The notes beneath the pieces were generated by a model, which was not told the origin of the DNA, made no database searches, and saw nothing but the letters and a program-made list of their open reading frames with translations. The position numbers and the translations under genes are program-made. Below, piece by piece: positions 1 through 10,166 of a stretch of 64,000 nt of DNA. Source of the DNA: Candidatus Latescibacterota bacterium. Its GTDB lineage: Bacteria; Latescibacterota; UBA2968. The first letter of the stretch is position 1, and every line of letters starts with the position of its first letter. The stretch lies in contig OZ220741.1 of NCBI GenBank assembly GCA_965116885.1, positions 1,248,001 to 1,312,000 of the forward strand, given 5' to 3'.

Positions 1-592
1 CAGGTCGCTACACGAAATCATCCGCCCCGTGGCGATTGCCATGTGGCAACCCAAATTCAACGTACTAACACTAAAAATTCGCGGTCAGGACATTGATGAA
101 ACGCTTAAATATATCGGTAAAATATGGCGGAAATATATTCCCGAAAAGCCGTTTGAGTATCGTTTTTTAGACGAAAATTTAGCGAGTTTTTATCTGGCTG
201 AACAACGGATAGGAACACTTATAACCGTATTTGCCGGGCTGGCGATTATAATCGCGTGCCTGGGCCTGTTTGGCCTGGCGGCATTTACAGCAGAGCAACG
301 CACCAAAGAAATTGGCATCCGCAAAACCCTGGGCGCATCCGTCCCCAATATTGTGCGCTTGCTCTCGCGAGAAGTTGTAATTCTGGTACTGCTGGCCAAC
401 GTGATCGCATTCCCACTGGCCTATTGGGTCATGAATGAATGGTTGGCGGGATTTGCGTACCGCATAGATCTGGGCGCGCTGGTATTTGTATTGAGCGGAT
501 TACTAACAATGGCAATCGCGATCATGACCGTGAGCACACAGGCGATTCGCGCAGCCCTGACCGATCCAGCGACAGCATTGCGATATGAATAG
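1..592 (+). CDS. ABC transporter permease (MacB/FtsX family), 3' part, truncated by the window start
   Basis: Open frame from position 2; C-terminal motifs ACLGLFGLAAFTAEQRTKEIGIRKTLGAS and ...ALRYE; paralogue of 21009..23477. Confidence 0.9.
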   Translation, partial: RSLHEIIRPVAIAMWQPKFNVLTLKIRGQDIDETLKYIGKIWRKYIPEKPFEYRFLDENLASFYLAEQRIGTLITVFAGLAIIIACLGLFGLAAFTAEQRTKEIGIRKTLGASVPNIVRLLSREVVILVLLANVIAFPLAYWVMNEWLAGFAYRIDLGALVFVLSGLLTMAIAIMTVSTQAIRAALTDPATALRYE

Positions 593-638
593 CCGACACC
601 TGTGCGCCTATGAACTGCTATGATTCGCTGTTCCGTTG

Positions 639-677
639 ATTCGTCTATTCGTCTATTCGTCTATTCGTCTATTCGTC
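639..677. repeat. Tandem 8-bp repeat (ATTCGTCT) x ~4.9
   Basis: Read directly; lies between convergent genes. Confidence 0.9.
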
Positions 678-684
678 CCTTCGC

Positions 685-2403
685 TCACACCCCACGCGAC
701 ATAGACAACCCCTCTTGCTCTCGCCACAAATACAACACATGGCGCGACTTCCGCAAATGGCGTTCATACTCCTTGCTAAAATCCCGACGCTTGCCACTCG
801 GCGTCCTGCCATTGGGTCGCGCATTGCACTTCCCGCGCGCCTGCGTAATGCTTCGGCTGCCATTTTGCACGGCAATCGTCATCACCCGATGCGTCTCATC
901 CTCCGGCGTCGTAACCTGCATCGTCCAGATTGACGATTTCCCGGTCTTGCAATTATTCGCATAAGACCCCACGCAGTGGTGCATCCTGCGTCCCTCGAGG
1001 GACAACTCTTTGGCCGACAGCAACTCCGTAATCGTCCACCGCTCCTTTTCATTCCCATAATTATCCGTCGCCGTCCAATCCAGCTCATTCAGTCCCGAAG
1101 GCGCCCACACCTTTGCGGGCAAGCGATTCTGCCGCGCCAACTGCCGGTGCCAAAACTCAACCTGTCGCAGCAACTTGACCATACTGCGCCCCTTAATCGA
1201 AAAATTCGGCTGCTCGGGCGGCAACTGCACAACCTCGCCACCAACCGTCTCTTCCCGAGGTATGTATTTCTGATTGTGAATATAATCCACAATCGGTCCC
1301 ACCTCATCGGGATCGAGCATTGGATTATTCACAAAAAAATGCACCACCTTATGCCAGAAGTCTTCGCACTCAAAAGACGACCCCAACCGCGTACCATTCA
1401 CCGCGCGCACCAGCGGCTCTTCCCCGCCAAGCCCCAGAATTTGACCCCGCCGAAACGCCTCGTAAATCGTGTAATCGTGCGGCGACTCCAAAAACAAATG
1501 CGCCATCTTCTTCGTCAGCGTCAGCGGAACATCTGCCTTGCGGATATTCCCACCCGTTCCCACATGCACAAACCAGCCCTGCTGCTGCCGCGCCTCGTCT
1601 TCCTCGCCGAGAAACCACGCGATATCCATAAACGCGGGCACATCGTACTTCGCGAGCAAATGTCGCGCAAGCGAACCAAATTGCTTGCGCCCATTGTGCG
1701 AATCTGGCCGCCACTCTCCCGGATCGCGCAACCACCGCTTGTGCCAATGCGCCAGCGCGCCCAAACCCTCGATAAATGTATTGCCATCAGAAGGTCCCAG
1801 GCGCACAATCGCGGGCTTGACGTCAAAAAAATCGCCTCGTTTTTCCACATGAAGCAGCAACTGCAACAGCGCGCGCCGCCCTTTGCGATCTCTTCCCAGT
1901 CCATCAAAAGCCCGCTGGATCTTTTGCAAATGCGGGCGATTCAACTCCGTCTCCGACAGCTTGCCCTCATAAATCGCCCGAATCGTCTCTTGGGGCCGCC
2001 GCGTGTGATTTTTCATCCTCGCCAAAACCGCATCGCTCTCTATCCGCTCGGCCAAATCGCACTCTTTCTTGCGCTGTGCAGCACTCTTATGCGTCCCCGT
2101 ACTCAACCCGTGCGCAGTACACCACGCGGTATAATCCGCAACCGTCTCTAACCCCAACGCGCTGATATGGCGCACAAATTCCTGCTCGGCCAACTCCTCA
2201 TCAATCGCCCGGTCAGCAACCTTGCGCTCCTGCCGCCGCTCCTGCCAGCTCTTATTCAGCGCCCCATTAAATCCATGATCGCGACACCACGCCTGATATT
2301 GCCCCACACTCGTCAACCCCAGCGACCGAATATGCGCCGTCAAATCCGCATTCGCCTTACCAGCAGCCCCTCTGTGCCGTCTCTTTTTTCGCTTCGCTGC
2401 CAT
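685..2403 (-). CDS. PcfJ-like domain protein with two N-terminal repeats
   Basis: C-terminal ELLSAKELSLEGRRMHHCVGSY...SIW...TI...QARGKCNA is the PcfJ pattern. Confidence 0.75.
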   Translation of the reverse strand: MAAKRKKRRHRGAAGKANADLTAHIRSLGLTSVGQYQAWCRDHGFNGALNKSWQERRQERKVADRAIDEELAEQEFVRHISALGLETVADYTAWCTAHGLSTGTHKSAAQRKKECDLAERIESDAVLARMKNHTRRPQETIRAIYEGKLSETELNRPHLQKIQRAFDGLGRDRKGRRALLQLLLHVEKRGDFFDVKPAIVRLGPSDGNTFIEGLGALAHWHKRWLRDPGEWRPDSHNGRKQFGSLARHLLAKYDVPAFMDIAWFLGEEDEARQQQGWFVHVGTGGNIRKADVPLTLTKKMAHLFLESPHDYTIYEAFRRGQILGLGGEEPLVRAVNGTRLGSSFECEDFWHKVVHFFVNNPMLDPDEVGPIVDYIHNQKYIPREETVGGEVVQLPPEQPNFSIKGRSMVKLLRQVEFWHRQLARQNRLPAKVWAPSGLNELDWTATDNYGNEKERWTITELLSAKELSLEGRRMHHCVGSYANNCKTGKSSIWTMQVTTPEDETHRVMTIAVQNGSRSITQARGKCNARPNGRTPSGKRRDFSKEYERHLRKSRHVLYLWREQEGLSMSRGV

Positions 2404-2453
2404 AACATTCTCCCGTGTCCTATCTCTATCTAATACTTATAAGGATGCACTTC

Positions 2454-4013
2454 TCAAGAATACTCCGGCAAAAAAACCTCAATCAGCGTCGGTCCCTCGG
2501 CCTGCAACGCCTCTTCGAGCGCCTCGCCAAACCCCTGTCCGTTGGTCACGCGAACACTCTGCATCCCAAAACTCTGTGCAAACATCACAAAATCGGGATT
2601 CGCCAACGCCACGGCAATATTTCGCCCATCACATTCCCGATCCTGCGCCCGTTTAATCGCGTCATAAGTATTGTCATTGCACAAAACAACCGGCAGTGAT
2701 ATCCCCTGCTGAACCGCGGTTGAAAGCTCTGTCGCCGTGTACATAAACCCGCCATCGCCGCACAGCGACACCACCTGCTTATCTGGACACGCGATCTTGG
2801 CACCCACAGCCGCCGGCATGGAAAACCCCAGCGTTCCATAAACAGTAGGCGACAAAAACGTGCGCGGCTGATAAACCGGAAAATGGCGACGCGCCTGATA
2901 GCTAATCATCGTCATATCGTTCACAACCACCGCATCCCGATCCAGAACATCCCGCAAAATTCCCAGCAACTCGGGAAAAGGTTTCTCCTCCCACTGACCG
3001 GGCACCTGCGACCCAGAATCACCGACATCCCACGCGGACTTCACCCCATCCAACCGCGCGAACAAACCCCTCAACCCCGCACCCGCATCGCCAACCAGCG
3101 CAACATCTGGCTCAAACGACCGCCCGATCACATCCGGATCGATATCCAGATGAATGAGCTTCTCCGGTGTCCCCTTCCACATCTGCTCAAACCGAAAGCC
3201 AAGACGCGTACCCACGGCGATCACCACATCCGCTTCATTCAAACATTTGTTCATCGCCTCACCGCGCATCAGCAAAGGGTGATCCGCCGGAACAGCCCCC
3301 TGCCCATTCGCGGTAACAGCCACCGGCAATCCGAGTTTCTCCGCCAACTTAATCACATCACCGCTCGCATCTTGCGTCCCCCCACCCGCGATCAACACCG
3401 GCTTACGCGCAGACTGAATCATCTCCGCCGCCGCATCGAGCGCGGCCTCCTCAGGTTTATGCGGCGGACGATGCGCTGGCTCGTCAATCTTTACATCTGC
3501 TTCTTCCTTAAAAACATCCAGCGGAACTTCAAAAATAAAGGGACGAGGACGCCCGTATTTCATCGCCTCAAAACCCTCTGATAGCGCATCCGGGATCTCC
3601 TCCACACGCGACACGCGCTGCCCACGCCCCGTCACCGAAAACAACGTCCCAAACTGGTCCCGCATATCGTGCAACACACCTGCATCTGTGCCATTTGTTT
3701 CATCCGTTGGACCACTGCATATCAGCAACACGGGCGACGACTCCGCGTGCGCTTCCCCAATCGACGTCAACGCATTCACCGCTGCCGGACCCGTCGTCGT
3801 CAACGCCACGCCCACGCGCCCCGAAGCCCGCGCATACCCATCCGCCATAAAACCAGCCCCCTGCTCGTGCCGCGTCGTCACATGCCGAATGCGCGGATGA
3901 TCGTACAGCGCATCGTAAAGCGCCAGCGTGTGAACCCCCGGAATGCCAAACACCACATCCACCCCCCATGCATCCAGCGTCTCAACCACAGCCTGACCGC
4001 CAGTCATCAACAT
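2454..4013 (-). CDS. Thiamine-diphosphate-dependent enzyme (acetolactate synthase/decarboxylase family)
   Basis: FGIPG, RHEQGAGFMADGYAR, ThDP motif GDGG...CND. Confidence 0.9.
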   Translation of the reverse strand: MLMTGGQAVVETLDAWGVDVVFGIPGVHTLALYDALYDHPRIRHVTTRHEQGAGFMADGYARASGRVGVALTTTGPAAVNALTSIGEAHAESSPVLLICSGPTDETNGTDAGVLHDMRDQFGTLFSVTGRGQRVSRVEEIPDALSEGFEAMKYGRPRPFIFEVPLDVFKEEADVKIDEPAHRPPHKPEEAALDAAAEMIQSARKPVLIAGGGTQDASGDVIKLAEKLGLPVAVTANGQGAVPADHPLLMRGEAMNKCLNEADVVIAVGTRLGFRFEQMWKGTPEKLIHLDIDPDVIGRSFEPDVALVGDAGAGLRGLFARLDGVKSAWDVGDSGSQVPGQWEEKPFPELLGILRDVLDRDAVVVNDMTMISYQARRHFPVYQPRTFLSPTVYGTLGFSMPAAVGAKIACPDKQVVSLCGDGGFMYTATELSTAVQQGISLPVVLCNDNTYDAIKRAQDRECDGRNIAVALANPDFVMFAQSFGMQSVRVTNGQGFGEALEEALQAEGPTLIEVFLPEYS

Positions 4014-4100
4014 AATCCCATCCTTTCAATCGAATAATTAAAACTCACCTCGCCAATATACAACCAAAACCTCCCACCGTCAGACCAAATTTGAACTGGC

Positions 4101-4129
4101 TTGCAAAACCTTTGTCAACGCGCTATTTT
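4101..4129 (+). promoter_or_regulatory. Putative sigma70 promoter of the large catabolic operon
   Basis: TTGCAA-17 bp-TATTTT. Confidence 0.45.
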
Positions 4130-4247
4130 GAAGCATAAAGTATAACCTTTCTTAATTTGATAGGCTGGATCGCGGCTCAACACGCGATGACAACCTTTTT
4201 TATCTGCGTCCATCTGCGGATACTTTTGTTTTTCTGACAACCATATT

Positions 4248-5333
4248 ATGAATACCATCATTATCGGCGGTGGACAGGCCGGCATAACACTGAGTTATTT
4301 CTTGCAACAACGCGGGGTCGAGCACCTCGTATTGGAGCGCGACCGGGCGTTCTCGGCGTGGCACAACTGCTGGGACAGCTTTCGGTTAAACACGGCCAAT
4401 TGGATGAACACATTGCCCGGCATGCCAAAACCATTCGCACCACACAAAGCCTGGCACGACACTGCCACACGCGAAGAAGCACTCGACTATTTCCAGGCGT
4501 ATCGCCAGATGGTCAATCCCCCATTAAAAGAAGGCGTCACCGTCACGCAAGTCGCCGAAGGAGAAAACACCTGGCACATCCATACAGACACCAAAACCTA
4601 TCAAACGACCAACGTCGCCATCTGCACCGGGCATGCTGCCCAACCCTTTGTCCCAGACACCGCGAAAAAACTACCGCAATCAACCCCCCAGCTACACTCA
4701 TCAAACTATCGAAACCCCGACCAGATCACAACGGCAAATGTCCTCATCGTAGGCAGCGGCAGCAGTGGCGTTCAAATCTGCCTGGACCTGGCGCAATCGG
4801 ACCAATTTGAAACCCTCTCATTCGCACTCAGCGGCAACGGCGTCGTCCCCTGGTCTATACTGGGCATCCCCATCGGCGTATTCTCCCGCATGCTCCCAGT
4901 ATTTGAAATCCAGCGACAAACGCTGATCGGACGGCGTATTATGCACCAATGGCAGGGAGGCGACCCCGCCATGGCACCATCGCCGCGCTGGCTTTCAAAA
5001 CACTACGGCGTACAACGGATCGGCCGCGTAATAGATGCCGACCACCGCGGAATCCTCTGCGCCGACGGCGAAATTGTCAGCACAGAAAACCTGACCGTCT
5101 TATGGTGTACCGGCTTTAGACCCGACCACAAATTTATCCGCGTACACCATCCCGAAACCGCATTTGACAAAAACGGACCCATTCACAAACGCGGCGTCTG
5201 CATCCCGGGCCTGTTCTTCGTCGGCTTGAAATTTCAACACACCGTTGGATCACATCTCCTGCGCGGCGTGGGACGCGACGCGGAATACATCGCACAGAAA
5301 ATCGCAGAAAGGAACCATCGCAATGCCTCGTGA
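4248..5333 (+). CDS. Flavin-containing monooxygenase-like FAD/NAD(P) oxidoreductase (CzcO-like)
   Basis: GGGQAG and GSGSSG Rossmann motifs, HSSNYRNP, WCTGF. Confidence 0.8.
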   Translation: MNTIIIGGGQAGITLSYFLQQRGVEHLVLERDRAFSAWHNCWDSFRLNTANWMNTLPGMPKPFAPHKAWHDTATREEALDYFQAYRQMVNPPLKEGVTVTQVAEGENTWHIHTDTKTYQTTNVAICTGHAAQPFVPDTAKKLPQSTPQLHSSNYRNPDQITTANVLIVGSGSSGVQICLDLAQSDQFETLSFALSGNGVVPWSILGIPIGVFSRMLPVFEIQRQTLIGRRIMHQWQGGDPAMAPSPRWLSKHYGVQRIGRVIDADHRGILCADGEIVSTENLTVLWCTGFRPDHKFIRVHHPETAFDKNGPIHKRGVCIPGLFFVGLKFQHTVGSHLLRGVGRDAEYIAQKIAERNHRNAS

Positions 5334-6372
5334 ACAAAACATTCGCCTGGGCCTGATCGGCTGCGGCGGCATCGTCCAGAAATCCCATCTCCAGGGCCTG
5401 CTCGCCATACCCGACTTGGTAACCATCTCGGCCATTGCCGATCCCATCCCCGAAAATAGAAACCGCGTCGGCACAGCAGCAGACATCATTTCAGAACAAC
5501 GCTACGAAGACCACCGCCACATGCTCGCCCGCGCCGAACTCGACGCCGTCATCATCGCCACCCCCCATCACCTGCACGCCGAACACGTCATCGAAGCCGC
5601 GCAAGCGGGCGTCGCCATCATCTCGGAAAAACCCATGGCAACATCCCTCGAAGAAGCCGACCAACTCCTCGACGCCGTAAAAAAACACAACGTCCCCTAC
5701 GCCATTGTACACAACTTCCTCTACACGCCCGGCACCGCAGAAGCACTCAGACTTCTGCGCGAGGAAAACACGGGCACACCCCAAACGGGCCGCGCCCTAT
5801 CCCTCGGTGGCAAAACAGAAGACCAGGCCGATCCCAACAACGTCTGGCGCGCATCAAAAGCAGCCGGCGGCGGCTGTATCGGCGACACTGCGTACCACGA
5901 AATTTACCTCGTCGAAACCATGATCGGCTCGCCCGTGCGCTACGTGGAAGCCCGCGTACAGACCAAATTCTTCGACTTCGACGTCGATGACGTCGCCTTC
6001 CTCCTCTTTGAACACGAAAACGGCGCAATCTCCACCGTCTCGACATCCTGGGGCATGCCCGGCGGTGACCAGAGTATATGCGAAGTCTATACCCGCACAC
6101 ATGCCATCCGCATTGTCGGCCGCGGGCGCGAACTCCGCTACCTCGACAAAGCCGACCGCAGATGGCGATCCGTTGACCTCGACCACGGCCTCAGCACCGA
6201 CGCCCTGTCCCGCGCCGGTCACGCAAACTATTTTGCCGCCACATTCAAAGCACTCGCAGAAGGCAAACCGTCCCCAATCACCGCCGAACACGCCCGCCAC
6301 AACCTCTCGATCATCCACGCCGCACACCAGGCAACAGCACGGCGCAGGGCCATCGACGTGACCGAACTATAA
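5323..6372 (+). CDS. Gfo/Idh/MocA family oxidoreductase
   Basis: GLIGCGGI, ATPHHLH, EKPM; start moved to ATG 5323 after GAAAGGA. Confidence 0.85.
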   Translation: MPREQNIRLGLIGCGGIVQKSHLQGLLAIPDLVTISAIADPIPENRNRVGTAADIISEQRYEDHRHMLARAELDAVIIATPHHLHAEHVIEAAQAGVAIISEKPMATSLEEADQLLDAVKKHNVPYAIVHNFLYTPGTAEALRLLREENTGTPQTGRALSLGGKTEDQADPNNVWRASKAAGGGCIGDTAYHEIYLVETMIGSPVRYVEARVQTKFFDFDVDDVAFLLFEHENGAISTVSTSWGMPGGDQSICEVYTRTHAIRIVGRGRELRYLDKADRRWRSVDLDHGLSTDALSRAGHANYFAATFKALAEGKPSPITAEHARHNLSIIHAAHQATARRRAIDVTEL

Positions 6373-6383
6373 AAGGAATATCC

Positions 6384-7874
6384 ATGTCCAATCCCAACAT
6401 CATCTACATCTACGGCGACGACCTCGGCCGCGGCATGCTCTCCTGCTACGGCCAGAAACACTTTCAAACCCCCAATATCGACCGCCTCGCCCGCGAAGGC
6501 CTGCAATTCACCCGCGCCTATGGCTGCATCTTTTGCGCCCCGGCGCGCGCCAGCCTCATGACCGGCTATCACGACGCACACGCGGGCCGATGGACCTTCA
6601 CCAGGGGCGGCCTCTACCGCCCCATGGCCGAAGGCGCGATGACCTTTGAACACATTGCCGAACTCATCAACAACACCGGCCTTCAAGAACGCCCCGACGA
6701 AGTCTTCCTCGCACAAATCGCACAACGCGCAGGCTATGTCACGGGACAAATCGGCAAACTCGAATGGGGCTTTGCCACAACGCCAGAACGCATTCGTCGG
6801 CACGGCTGGGATTACCACTACGGCTACTACGATCATCAACTCTGCCACGGCTTCTATCCGCCATCCCTCTTTGAAAATGGCGACATCGTCGAAATACCCG
6901 GCAACACCCATCCCGACTGCGGCAACCACCCCGGTTCAGAATCTCCGGAAAACGCGGCCATCCGCCACGACATGACCGGGAAAGTCACCTACTCCCAGGA
7001 CCTTTTCAACGACAAAATCGTCGATTTCCTCCGCAAACATCGCCACCAACCCTTCTTCCTCTTCCACCCCTCGCAACTGCCCCACGGACCCATCTCCGTC
7101 CCCGAAATTCATCCGGGCGTAAAAGACGCGCCAGAACTCACCGACTTTGAAAAAGAATACGCATCCATGATCCTCCGCCTCGACGACACCGTTGGCATCA
7201 TCCTCGATGAACTCGACGCGCTCGGCATTGCCGACAACACCATCGTCTTCTTTAGCTCTGACAACGGCCACGAAATCTACGCCGCACAACAAGGCCGCAC
7301 CGTCAAAAGACAAAGCCTCGACGGCATCCGCTATGACGACATCACCACCCGACACACAACCGAACAAAGCGGCGACATCTTCAACGGCAACGACGGCATG
7401 GCCGGCCTCAAATGGACGAGCTGGGAAGGCGGCACTCGCCTTCCCTACATCGCGCGCTGGCCCGGTCGCATCTCCCCCGACACAACCGATCACATGATCG
7501 CCAATTACGATTTTATGCCCACACTATCCGATCTCACAGGGCAGGAAACACCCGACTGGAAAGACGGCGAATCCTTCTTACCCACCCTCCTGGGCAATGA
7601 GCAACGCCCCCACGCACCCGTCGTCTTTTCATCGCGCCTGGGTCCCGCCCTCACCACAGCCGACGGCTGGAAATTGCGCCACATCAACAAAACCAACAAC
7701 TTCCAACTCTACAACATCCTGGACGACTACCGGGAAGAAAACGACCTCGCTGCCGAATATCCCGACAAAGTCGATCAACTCGCACGCCAACTCCTCAGAG
7801 CCTGCGACGGCAACTTTGCCCACGGCAACCCCGATATGCATCTGGCTCACGTCTATTTGGAGGAAAACCCATGA
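6384..7874 (+). CDS. Sulfatase (Cys-type, formylglycine-dependent)
   Basis: PNII...DDLG, CAPAR motif, SSDNG. Confidence 0.9.
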   Translation: MSNPNIIYIYGDDLGRGMLSCYGQKHFQTPNIDRLAREGLQFTRAYGCIFCAPARASLMTGYHDAHAGRWTFTRGGLYRPMAEGAMTFEHIAELINNTGLQERPDEVFLAQIAQRAGYVTGQIGKLEWGFATTPERIRRHGWDYHYGYYDHQLCHGFYPPSLFENGDIVEIPGNTHPDCGNHPGSESPENAAIRHDMTGKVTYSQDLFNDKIVDFLRKHRHQPFFLFHPSQLPHGPISVPEIHPGVKDAPELTDFEKEYASMILRLDDTVGIILDELDALGIADNTIVFFSSDNGHEIYAAQQGRTVKRQSLDGIRYDDITTRHTTEQSGDIFNGNDGMAGLKWTSWEGGTRLPYIARWPGRISPDTTDHMIANYDFMPTLSDLTGQETPDWKDGESFLPTLLGNEQRPHAPVVFSSRLGPALTTADGWKLRHINKTNNFQLYNILDDYREENDLAAEYPDKVDQLARQLLRACDGNFAHGNPDMHLAHVYLEENP

Positions 7875-8653
7875 ACCATCTCACGCCCGACGACATCGCC
7901 CAATTCGACGAAGAGGGATACCTCGTATTTGAAGGCCTCTTCGACCACGACCTCAACGAGCGCATCAAAGCCGACGTCGATCAACTCATGATCGACCGCG
8001 AAACGGACAAACGCCGCATGCTCATGGCGTATCCAGAACTCGGCCTGCTCACATCTGAACCCGGTGTTGTAGATCGCGTAGCCGATCTAATGAATGGCAA
8101 AAAATTTGTCCATCACCACATCCACGCCCGGTGGCAACTACCCGGAGAACGCGGAGTGCCGTGGCATCAGGATTATGCACAGATCCCGCAAACAAATCGC
8201 TCGCATCTGATGGTCCATGTATTCATGTACATGGACGGCCTGAACGGCGAAGTGGGCGACCTCCTCGTCATGCCCGGCACCCACAAAAAAGTCATGGCCA
8301 ACGATGCCTTTCGCCAATTTCAATTCGAAGACCTGCCCGGCTCGCGCACCATCGACAGTCTGGCCCCCGGGTCCATCATCATCGTCCACTCCGCCCTGCA
8401 ACACGCCCGCCGCCCCAAACCCGGCGGCGGCATTTACAAACGCTACTTCATCGACACCTCCTACTGCGAGGACGGCATCCTCTGGCCCTCCTATCCCAAC
8501 ATCGCCGAAATCAACCGCGTCGCCCTCGAAACCGGCTGTGATCGAAACGGCAAATACGCATTTCTCTACGACACCACCCAGTTCTTTGAGCGCAGGGATT
8601 ACATGGACACGCTCAACGAGAAAAATCAGGGTAGTATCGCGTTGCAATTGTAG
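7871..8653 (+). CDS. Phytanoyl-CoA dioxygenase (PhyH) family Fe(II)/2-oxoglutarate oxygenase
   Basis: WHQD, PGTH, distal His in SALQH. Confidence 0.85.
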   Translation: MNHLTPDDIAQFDEEGYLVFEGLFDHDLNERIKADVDQLMIDRETDKRRMLMAYPELGLLTSEPGVVDRVADLMNGKKFVHHHIHARWQLPGERGVPWHQDYAQIPQTNRSHLMVHVFMYMDGLNGEVGDLLVMPGTHKKVMANDAFRQFQFEDLPGSRTIDSLAPGSIIIVHSALQHARRPKPGGGIYKRYFIDTSYCEDGILWPSYPNIAEINRVALETGCDRNGKYAFLYDTTQFFERRDYMDTLNEKNQGSIALQL

Positions 8654-8753
8654 CGTGCATTCATAGCAGGATACAAAATGTGCTTGATTAGATAGAGATA
8701 TTATTAAATATTTATATATCCAAGCCATCCATAACACCAGAAAGGAACCCAAC

Positions 8754-10163
8754 ATGGCAGACAAACCCGTCTTATTGACCGACGAGCAAATGCAGCAATT
8801 CATCCGCGATGGATATTTGATCCTCCACCCCGACTTCCCGGAGGGATTTCACGAAAAAGTCTATAAACGCATCGATGAATCCTTTGAAAAAAACAGCGGC
8901 AGAAATCCGGGTAACAACCTCCTCCCCGCCGTACCAGAACTGCAAGACGTATGGGATCACCCCATTGTACACGGCGCGTTTTCCAGCATCCTCGGACCCG
9001 ATTATTATTTGCACCTGCACCGCCACGTTCACGAAAGCCGCCCGGGCAGCGATGCGCGCACCATGCACAAAGACAGCTTGCACAACAGCCGATTTTGCGC
9101 CGACCAAAACCGCCGTCATCACCACTGCCGCTGGATGATGGCCATGTACTATCCCCAGGACACACCCCGCGAAATGGGACCGACCAGCGTAACCCCCAGA
9201 TCGCAATACATCACCGCCCGCGACCAGGAAGGAGAACACCTCTTCACAGCGGGACCGGCTGGCACCGTCGCACTCATCCACTACGACATCCTGCACAAAA
9301 AAGAAGCCAACTACACAGAGATCACGCGCCACATGGTCAAATTCCTGTTCACGCGCATGACCGAGCCTACCGAACCGACATGGGATCACAGCGACGAAAC
9401 ATGGGTCGCATCCGACGACCCACAAGAACCTACCTGGCAGGCCATGTGGGACTGGCACCTGGGCAAAGCACCCGAACATGCGAGCAATGGAGCATCCATC
9501 GAAACCCTGAGCGAGCAACTCGCCAATTCCGACGAAGCCGCCGCCCTCCATGCGTCCTACACCCTCGGATTACAGGGCGAAAAAGCGATTCCCGCCATGA
9601 TCGACGCACTCAAAGACACGGAAAATGAGAACCCGCCGCGAAACGCCGGATACGGGTTCACAAACGTCGGCGAAGTCGCCGTACCCGCACTGCTCGAACT
9701 CACCAAAAATCCGGACCCAAAAATCCGCATGCGCGCAGTCGATGTACTCGGCGACCTGGGCTTGCGAGCAAAATCAGCCACGCCCGACCTCATCGCCCTG
9801 TTGCAGGACACCGACGAAGACACACGCGCACACGCTGCAGAATCCCTGGGCACCATTAGTCAGAACACCACGGAAGCCGTGCGCCCGCTCGCCGACATCC
9901 TATCTACAGATGAAAGCGACTTTGTGCGACGCAATGCCGCCCTCTCCCTCGCGCGATTGGGCATCCATGCCGAAGAAGCCATTCCCGAATTGGCAGGCGC
10001 CATGCGCGATGGCAACCACTACGTTCGCGGATTTGCGGTACACGGCCTCTATCGCATCGGCACGCCCGAAGCGCTCAGAGCCGCCATGCATCGCCTCCAG
10101 GCACTGCGCTGGGACAGCGAACCCAGAGGTCAGACACAAAGAAGACCCAAAAAGGTAGCTTAA
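8754..10163 (+). CDS. PhyH-family dioxygenase fused to C-terminal HEAT repeats
   Basis: MHKD/DILH N-terminal domain, then repeats such as IRMRAVDVLGDLG, RAHAAESLG, VRRNAALSLARLG. Confidence 0.85.
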   Translation: MADKPVLLTDEQMQQFIRDGYLILHPDFPEGFHEKVYKRIDESFEKNSGRNPGNNLLPAVPELQDVWDHPIVHGAFSSILGPDYYLHLHRHVHESRPGSDARTMHKDSLHNSRFCADQNRRHHHCRWMMAMYYPQDTPREMGPTSVTPRSQYITARDQEGEHLFTAGPAGTVALIHYDILHKKEANYTEITRHMVKFLFTRMTEPTEPTWDHSDETWVASDDPQEPTWQAMWDWHLGKAPEHASNGASIETLSEQLANSDEAAALHASYTLGLQGEKAIPAMIDALKDTENENPPRNAGYGFTNVGEVAVPALLELTKNPDPKIRMRAVDVLGDLGLRAKSATPDLIALLQDTDEDTRAHAAESLGTISQNTTEAVRPLADILSTDESDFVRRNAALSLARLGIHAEEAIPELAGAMRDGNHYVRGFAVHGLYRIGTPEALRAAMHRLQALRWDSEPRGQTQRRPKKVA

Positions 10164-10166
10164 GAG

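Noticed and set aside
4091..4100. TTGAACTGGC (and TGAACTGC at 611) as further TGAACTG-family repeats
   Set aside because: The complementary CAGT arm and tail are missing; these may be chance matches or decayed copies
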